NCBI GenBank assembly: GCA_033764645.1
Contig: JANRIT010000081.1
Span: forward strand, 4,942-68,941
Direction of reading: 5' to 3'
Length of the DNA: 64,000 nt
Source: Hyphomicrobiaceae bacterium
GTDB taxonomy: Bacteria; Pseudomonadota; Alphaproteobacteria; Rhizobiales; Hyphomicrobiaceae
A program made the position numbers and the translations under genes. Below are positions 59,303 through 64,000 of this stretch, one piece after another. Positions within the stretch are counted from its first letter, which is position 1. Every line of letters starts with the position of its first letter. A model generated the notes under the pieces. That model saw nothing but the letters and a program-made list of their open reading frames with translations, did not search any database and was not told where the DNA came from.

Positions 59303-61414
59303 ATGCCTCCTCCCCGTTCACGTGGGCCGCGCCAGGGTGCGGGATCAGGTTCGCGCGGAGGCCCGGGCTCGCGCGGCGGGCCACAGCGCCCGCAGGGCGG
59401 CGGCCAGCGCGGCGGTGAACGCGGCGGGGAGCGCCGGGCAGGTGGCGGCGAGCGCAGGGGTGGCGAGCGCGGCCCCGGCAAGCCCGGTGGCGGATTCAAG
59501 ACGCGGTTCGCCAAGGATCGAACGGGAGAGCCGCGCGGAGCCGAACAGCGCGGCGAGCGTGGAGGGCGGCAGCAGCGCGACGACCGGAACGAACGGCCGA
59601 GGCCCGCTGCGTCGAGGCCGGGAAAGTCGGTAACCGATAAGCCGAGGTTCGGCAGTCGGGACAACGAGCGGTCGGGAGGGGAGCGCCCAGCGCCGCATCG
59701 GAGCGGACGGCCCCAGGGTGCCGGGGGCTCGTTCAAGACGCGCAGCGGCTTCAGCGAACGCACTGAATTTGGAGGCGCCGGCCAGCAGCGGGAGCAGAGC
59801 GGGCGCGGCAGCCGCCCCGAGCGCGCGGCGCGTGACGTCGAGCCGCAAGGCGATTTCAATCCGTGGCAGGCGCGTGAGCGCGCCGAGGGACCGCGTGGCT
59901 CGGGACCGCATGGGCCCGGAGCGCGAGGTGCCAACGGTGATCGGCCCCGGCCCGGTCGGCGGGATGACCATCGCGATGACCGTCGCGACGACCGGCGCGA
60001 CCAAGGCCAGAGGGGCGGGGAGCGCGGCCCGCGGGAGGATCGACCGCGCGGCGAGCGGGGACATGCCGATCGCCGCCCGGAGGATGGCCAGGAGCGGCGT
60101 CCGACCTCCGCGCGCTCGGGCTTCGTGCGGCGCCACGAGCGGCCGCGTCGGGACGAGGCCCGCCAAGACCGGCCGCGCGACGACCGGCAACGCGGCCATC
60201 GCCCCGAGCGATCCGCCCGGACCGACAGCCGCGACGAGCGGCAGCACACAGCACGCGCGGATCGCAGCGGTCGCGCCGATCGCGAGGCGGGTCATTCGCG
60301 CGGCGGCGAGCGCGGTACTTGGCAGCGGCGGCCGGGCAGAGACGGGCAGGGTGGCCGCGACGGCCGGCCGGGCGCGAACGTGAACTCGCGCCCTCGCGGC
60401 AAGCCGGCGACGAGCGTCGACCCGTCCGAGACGTGGGCTCCCACCGGGCCGGTGCGCATCGCCAAGGCCATTGCACGCGCCGGGCTCTGCTCGCGGCGTG
60501 AAGCCGAAGCATGGATCGAGGCCGGGCGCGTCAGCGTCAACGGCCGCCGCATCGACAGTCCGGCTCTCGACGTCGCGCCGACCGACACCATCCTCGTCGA
60601 CGGCACCGCGCTGCCGGCCGCCGAGCCGCCGCGCCTGTGGCGCTATCACAAGCCGAAGGGTCTCGTGACGACGCACCGCGATCCGGAGGGCCGGCCGACC
60701 GTGTTCGAGCGCCTGCCGCCGGAACTGCCGCGCGTCGTCTCCATCGGCCGGCTCGATTACAACACCGAGGGCCTATTGCTCCTGACCAACGACGGTGAAC
60801 TCGCCCGCCATCTGGAACTGCCGTCCACGGGCTGGCTGCGCCGCTACAAGGTGCGCGCGCACGGCTCGGTGACCCAGGAGAGCCTCGACGCGCTGAAGGA
60901 TGGCGTCACCGTCGAAGGGATGGACTATGGGCCGGTCGAAGCGCACCTGGAGACGGTGCAGGGCGCCAACGTGTGGCTGACGATTGGTCTGCGCGAAGGC
61001 AAGAATCGCGAGGTCCGCCGCATCCTGGGCAGCCTCGGCCTCGAGGTGAACCGGCTCATCCGCATCTCGTTCGGGCCGTTCCAGCTCCTCGACCTCGCGC
61101 CAGGGCAGGTGGAGGCCGTCAAGCGGCGCGTGCTCGCCGATCAGCTCGGCCGCGACATCGCCCGCGACCTCGGCATGCTCGACGTGGCCGAAGCCGCGCG
61201 CGAGCGCCGGGCCAAGGTGCGCGACGAGAAGCGGGCCACCCGGCGCGCCGCTGCGGACACGGATGCGGCAACGGTGCTTGCCGACACTGCGACCGGCTCG
61301 TCGCCAGCCGACGACCCGTCAGGCGGCGGCGAAGCAGCCGGCGAGGGCGAGTGGAGCCTCGTCACGCCCGACCTCGTCATCGGCGAGCCGGTCGACGAGG
61401 AGCGCGAGCCGTGA
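59303..61414 (+). CDS. rluB: 23S rRNA pseudouridine synthase (RluB-like) with ~380-aa Arg/Gly/Glu-rich N-terminal extension
   Basis: Internal ATG 59303. S4 domain from about 60452 (RIAKAIARAGLCSRREAE.WI..GRV.VNG). RsuA/RluB catalytic motif GRLDYNTEGLLLLTNDGEL. Acidic C-terminal tail. Confidence 0.85.
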   Translation: MPPPRSRGPRQGAGSGSRGGPGSRGGPQRPQGGGQRGGERGGERRAGGGERRGGERGPGKPGGGFKTRFAKDRTGEPRGAEQRGERGGRQQRDDRNERPRPAASRPGKSVTDKPRFGSRDNERSGGERPAPHRSGRPQGAGGSFKTRSGFSERTEFGGAGQQREQSGRGSRPERAARDVEPQGDFNPWQARERAEGPRGSGPHGPGARGANGDRPRPGRRDDHRDDRRDDRRDQGQRGGERGPREDRPRGERGHADRRPEDGQERRPTSARSGFVRRHERPRRDEARQDRPRDDRQRGHRPERSARTDSRDERQHTARADRSGRADREAGHSRGGERGTWQRRPGRDGQGGRDGRPGANVNSRPRGKPATSVDPSETWAPTGPVRIAKAIARAGLCSRREAEAWIEAGRVSVNGRRIDSPALDVAPTDTILVDGTALPAAEPPRLWRYHKPKGLVTTHRDPEGRPTVFERLPPELPRVVSIGRLDYNTEGLLLLTNDGELARHLELPSTGWLRRYKVRAHGSVTQESLDALKDGVTVEGMDYGPVEAHLETVQGANVWLTIGLREGKNREVRRILGSLGLEVNRLIRISFGPFQLLDLAPGQVEAVKRRVLADQLGRDIARDLGMLDVAEAARERRAKVRDEKRATRRAAADTDAATVLADTATGSSPADDPSGGGEAAGEGEWSLVTPDLVIGEPVDEEREP

Positions 61415-61451
61415 GCACGCCGACTGCGCTGCCGGCGGCGGAGTACCCAGC

Positions 61452-62021
61452 ATGCGCATCGTAGGCGGGCGGCTCGGCGGGCGCACGCTCACTGCGCCGA
61501 AGGGCGCGGCGACGCGGCCGACCTCGGACCGCGTGCGGCAGGCGCTGTTCAACATCCTCGAGCATGGCCTCGACGGGCCGGACCTCGAAGGCGGCAGCGT
61601 CATCGACCTGTTCGCCGGCAGCGGCGCTCTGGGCCTCGAGGCCCTGTCGCGGGGCGCGCGCTCGGCCATGCTCGTCGACACCGATGCGGCGGCGCGCGGG
61701 GCCATGCGCGCGAATATCGAGGCGCTCGGTCTGGAAGGCGTGGCGAAGATCCTGCGCCGTGACGCGACGAAGCTCGGACCGTGCCTGACGCCCGGCGCCT
61801 TCACGCACGCCTTCCTCGATCCGCCCTATGGCCGCGGCCTTGCCGACCTTGCGCTGGTTGCACTGCGCGACGGCCGATGGCTCGCCGACGGCGCTATCGT
61901 CGTCATCGAGGAAGAGGCCGGCGCCACGGTCAGCCTGCCGGAGCGCTTCGCAGCCATCGAGCGGCGGGCCTACGGCGATACGGTTCTCCTGTTCGCGCGG
62001 GCGGCAGGAGAGCCCGCGTGA
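61452..62021 (+). CDS. rsmD: 16S rRNA (guanine966-N2)-methyltransferase RsmD
   Basis: MRIVGG...GR.L..P.G..TRPT.DRVR.ALFN.L, DLFAGSGALGLEALSRGA and DPPY motifs. Confidence 0.85.
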   Translation: MRIVGGRLGGRTLTAPKGAATRPTSDRVRQALFNILEHGLDGPDLEGGSVIDLFAGSGALGLEALSRGARSAMLVDTDAAARGAMRANIEALGLEGVAKILRRDATKLGPCLTPGAFTHAFLDPPYGRGLADLALVALRDGRWLADGAIVVIEEEAGATVSLPERFAAIERRAYGDTVLLFARAAGEPA

Positions 62022-63010
62022 GGACCGGCCTGTCACGCTCGGCGCAGGGCTGGCTCGAGGCGGGGCTGTTCGTCGTCACCATCTCCGCGCTCGCCGTCAC
62101 CTATGCCATCGCCGAAGCCGCCGGCGCGCATGCTCTCGTCTTCGTCGTCGCGGCGATGGGGCTGGCGGCGGCCGGCATGCTGGCGGTGACAGGGCTCGGC
62201 GATGATGTCGCCGGTGTTCTGCTGGCGCCGGCGAGCCTCGTCTTCGGCGTGACGTCGATCGCGCTCGAAGCGCTGTTCTTCGCCGTGCTCGCGCTGATGC
62301 CGCCGGCCGAGGCGAGCCTTGCCTTCCGGCTCGCCGTGCCGGCCTCGCTCATCGTCGGCGTCGTCATGCTCGGGCGCCGCCTCAACGCGACGACGCTGGC
62401 GGGGGCCGCCATCATCGTGGGAGCTGCTTCGCCAGCCGTTCTGGCGGCCGCGCCGGAGGATCGGCTGCTGGCCTCAGGGCTCGTCGTCGCCGGCTCGCTG
62501 ATCGTCGCCGTCAAGACGTTCGCCAGCGAATTGCATCCCGGCAACCGGCGCGCGCGCGGCGTACTGGACCATCTGCGCGTGACGGGTCTCGTGGTGCTCG
62601 TCACGGCGGTCATTGGCCTTGCCGTGCTGGTGCCCGCCTCGCTGGCGGCAGGCGGCGCGCTCGGCGGGCTCATTCCCCAGCCGAGCGACTTCGTGCATCC
62701 CCCGACGCTGACGATCGCGCTCGTGGTCGGCGCGCCGATCATTCTCGCCATGACCTACCTGACGTTCGCCTCCGTGGTGAAGATCGGCACGGAGAGCTTT
62801 CTCGGAACGACGGCGCTGACGCCGCTCGGCGCCTATCTCGCGCAGGCGCTGGCGGCCGGTTTCGGGCTGATGGCCTGGCCCGGCTTCCCGCTGTGGCTGC
62901 TCGCACTCAGCATCGTCGGCCTCGGCGGGGTTGCCCTCGTCATCAAGGGGCTGGCGCAGGAGCGCGGCTCACTTGCGCCCGAACAGCCGCTCGATATCGG
63001 CCAGGCGTAG
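62018..63010 (+). CDS. polytopic membrane protein (about 10 TM, DMT/EamA-like?)
   Basis: GTG 62018 overlaps the rsmD stop (GTGA), with GGAG upstream. Highly hydrophobic 330-aa product. Family assignment is tentative. Confidence 0.55.
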   Translation: MRTGLSRSAQGWLEAGLFVVTISALAVTYAIAEAAGAHALVFVVAAMGLAAAGMLAVTGLGDDVAGVLLAPASLVFGVTSIALEALFFAVLALMPPAEASLAFRLAVPASLIVGVVMLGRRLNATTLAGAAIIVGAASPAVLAAAPEDRLLASGLVVAGSLIVAVKTFASELHPGNRRARGVLDHLRVTGLVVLVTAVIGLAVLVPASLAAGGALGGLIPQPSDFVHPPTLTIALVVGAPIILAMTYLTFASVVKIGTESFLGTTALTPLGAYLAQALAAGFGLMAWPGFPLWLLALSIVGLGGVALVIKGLAQERGSLAPEQPLDIGQA

Positions 63011-64000
63011 CTCGACGTAGGTCGGCCGGCCGTGGTTGCACTGGCCGGACAGCGGCGTCGCCTCCATCTCGCGCAAGAGAGCATTCATCTCGGCCGGTGT
63101 CAGCCGGCGGCCGGCCCTGACGCTGCCGTGGCAGGCCATGCGGGAGGCGACGGCCGCCAGCCGATCCGACAGGGCTGCGCCCTCACCGTCGCCGACGAAC
63201 TCGGCGGCGAGATCGCGGACGAGGCCTTCGACATCGGTATCGCCGAGCAGCGCCGGCGTCTCGCGCACGACGACCGCGCCGGGACCGAACGCCTCGATCG
63301 AGAGACCAAGCGCAGCAAGGTCCTCGGCTCGCTCGACCAGGGCCTCGGCGTCGGTGACCGCGAGTTCCACGACGACCGGGATGAGCAAGTACTGGCGCGT
63401 GACGCCACCGGCGCCGAGCATGGCCTTCAGACGCTCGTAGACGAGGCGCTCGTGGGCGGCGTGCTGGTCGACGATGACGACGCCGGTCTCGGTCTGGGCA
63501 ATAATGTAGGTCTCGTGGATCTGCGCGCGCGCAGCCCCGAGCGGACCCGCGAACTCTGGCGCGCCGATGGTCGCCGCGGCGTGGGCGGCGCTGTCGGCCG
63601 ACGGCTCGGCGAGCCCGGCGAGCGGAGCCTGCATGGCGTCAGAGAAGCCCGGAGCGTATGGCGTCGCGGGCGGCCGGGCAGCGGTTCTCCACGGTGAGGC
63701 CGCCGGGGACGCAGGCTCGCGTGCAGCCGGTCCGCCGACGGGACGCATGGCGTCGAGCGTGCCCAGGCCGCCCAGCACGGAGGCACGATGGCCGCTGGCG
63801 GCGAGCGCGTGGCGGACCGCGGCGATCAGCGCCGACTTGACCGCGCCCGCGTCAGCGAAGCGCACTTCGGCCTTGGTCGGGTGCACGTTGACGTCGACGG
63901 CGCGCGGCGGCAGGGCGACGAACAAGGCGACCACCGGATGGCGCCCGCGCGGCACGGTATCGCCATAGGCGGCCCTCAGCGCCCCGATGAGCAGGCGGTC
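62969..64000 (-). CDS. mutL: DNA mismatch repair protein MutL, C-terminal part (5' end beyond the right edge)
   Basis: [14 protein letters not shown] motif and the C-terminal dimerisation domain ([37 protein letters not shown]...EMNALLR.ME....[11 protein letters not shown]). The frame stays open to position 64000. Confidence 0.9.
   Translation of the reverse strand, partial: DRLLIGALRAAYGDTVPRGRHPVVALFVALPPRAVDVNVHPTKAEVRFADAGAVKSALIAAVRHALAASGHRASVLGGLGTLDAMRPVGGPAAREPASPAASPWRTAARPPATPYAPGFSDAMQAPLAGLAEPSADSAAHAAATIGAPEFAGPLGAARAQIHETYIIAQTETGVVIVDQHAAHERLVYERLKAMLGAGGVTRQYLLIPVVVELAVTDAEALVERAEDLAALGLSIEAFGPGAVVVRETPALLGDTDVEGLVRDLAAEFVGDGEGAALSDRLAAVASRMACHGSVRAGRRLTPAEMNALLREMEATPLSGQCNHGRPTYVELRLADIERLFGRK

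Overview
High-GC (roughly two-thirds G+C by inspection) chromosomal core region with alphaproteobacterial gene content and order, probably Hyphomicrobiales/Rhizobiales-like. I call about 55 protein genes, 2 tRNAs (Cys-GCA, Asn-GUU), several intrinsic terminators and a few repeats. Recognisable blocks, left to right: yceD-like / Cbp3-like / bamE / hppA. trmFO. yajC-secD-secF followed by NDUFAF3-like and NDUFAF6-like genes. ldt, nlpD-like, surE, serS, tatCBA, scpBA, nagZ, a SPOR protein, argS, a dGTPase-like gene, erpA, xthA, ilvD. DUF898 with an M48 peptidase. valS, a PopZ-like/DUF2497 gene, tolC, pcm. An SxtJ / DUF5989 / carbamoyltransferase triad between the two tRNAs. rluB, rsmD, mutL. I found no IS element, integrase, phage gene, CRISPR array or recognisable defence system, so this reads as housekeeping DNA. 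No convincing novel multi-gene system is demonstrable from sequence alone. The most unusual observations are: (1) an in-frame, ~41% GC, ~70-codon insertion with foreign codon usage inside serS. (2) A 272-bp intergenic element bounded by a perfect 23-bp inverted repeat with nested helices. (3) The uncharacterised carbamoyltransferase triad bracketed by tRNAs. (4) A 17-nt tandem repeat in front of ilvD that creates two 6-codon uORFs chained by ATGA overlaps. (5) Small secreted Arg/Tyr/Gly/Cys-rich proteins. Many 'M' starts in the ORF track are GTG/TTG, and several real starts lie at internal ATGs, so I re-derived coordinates from the sequence. The very long Arg/Gly/Asp/His-rich ORFs antisense to real genes are high-GC artefacts.
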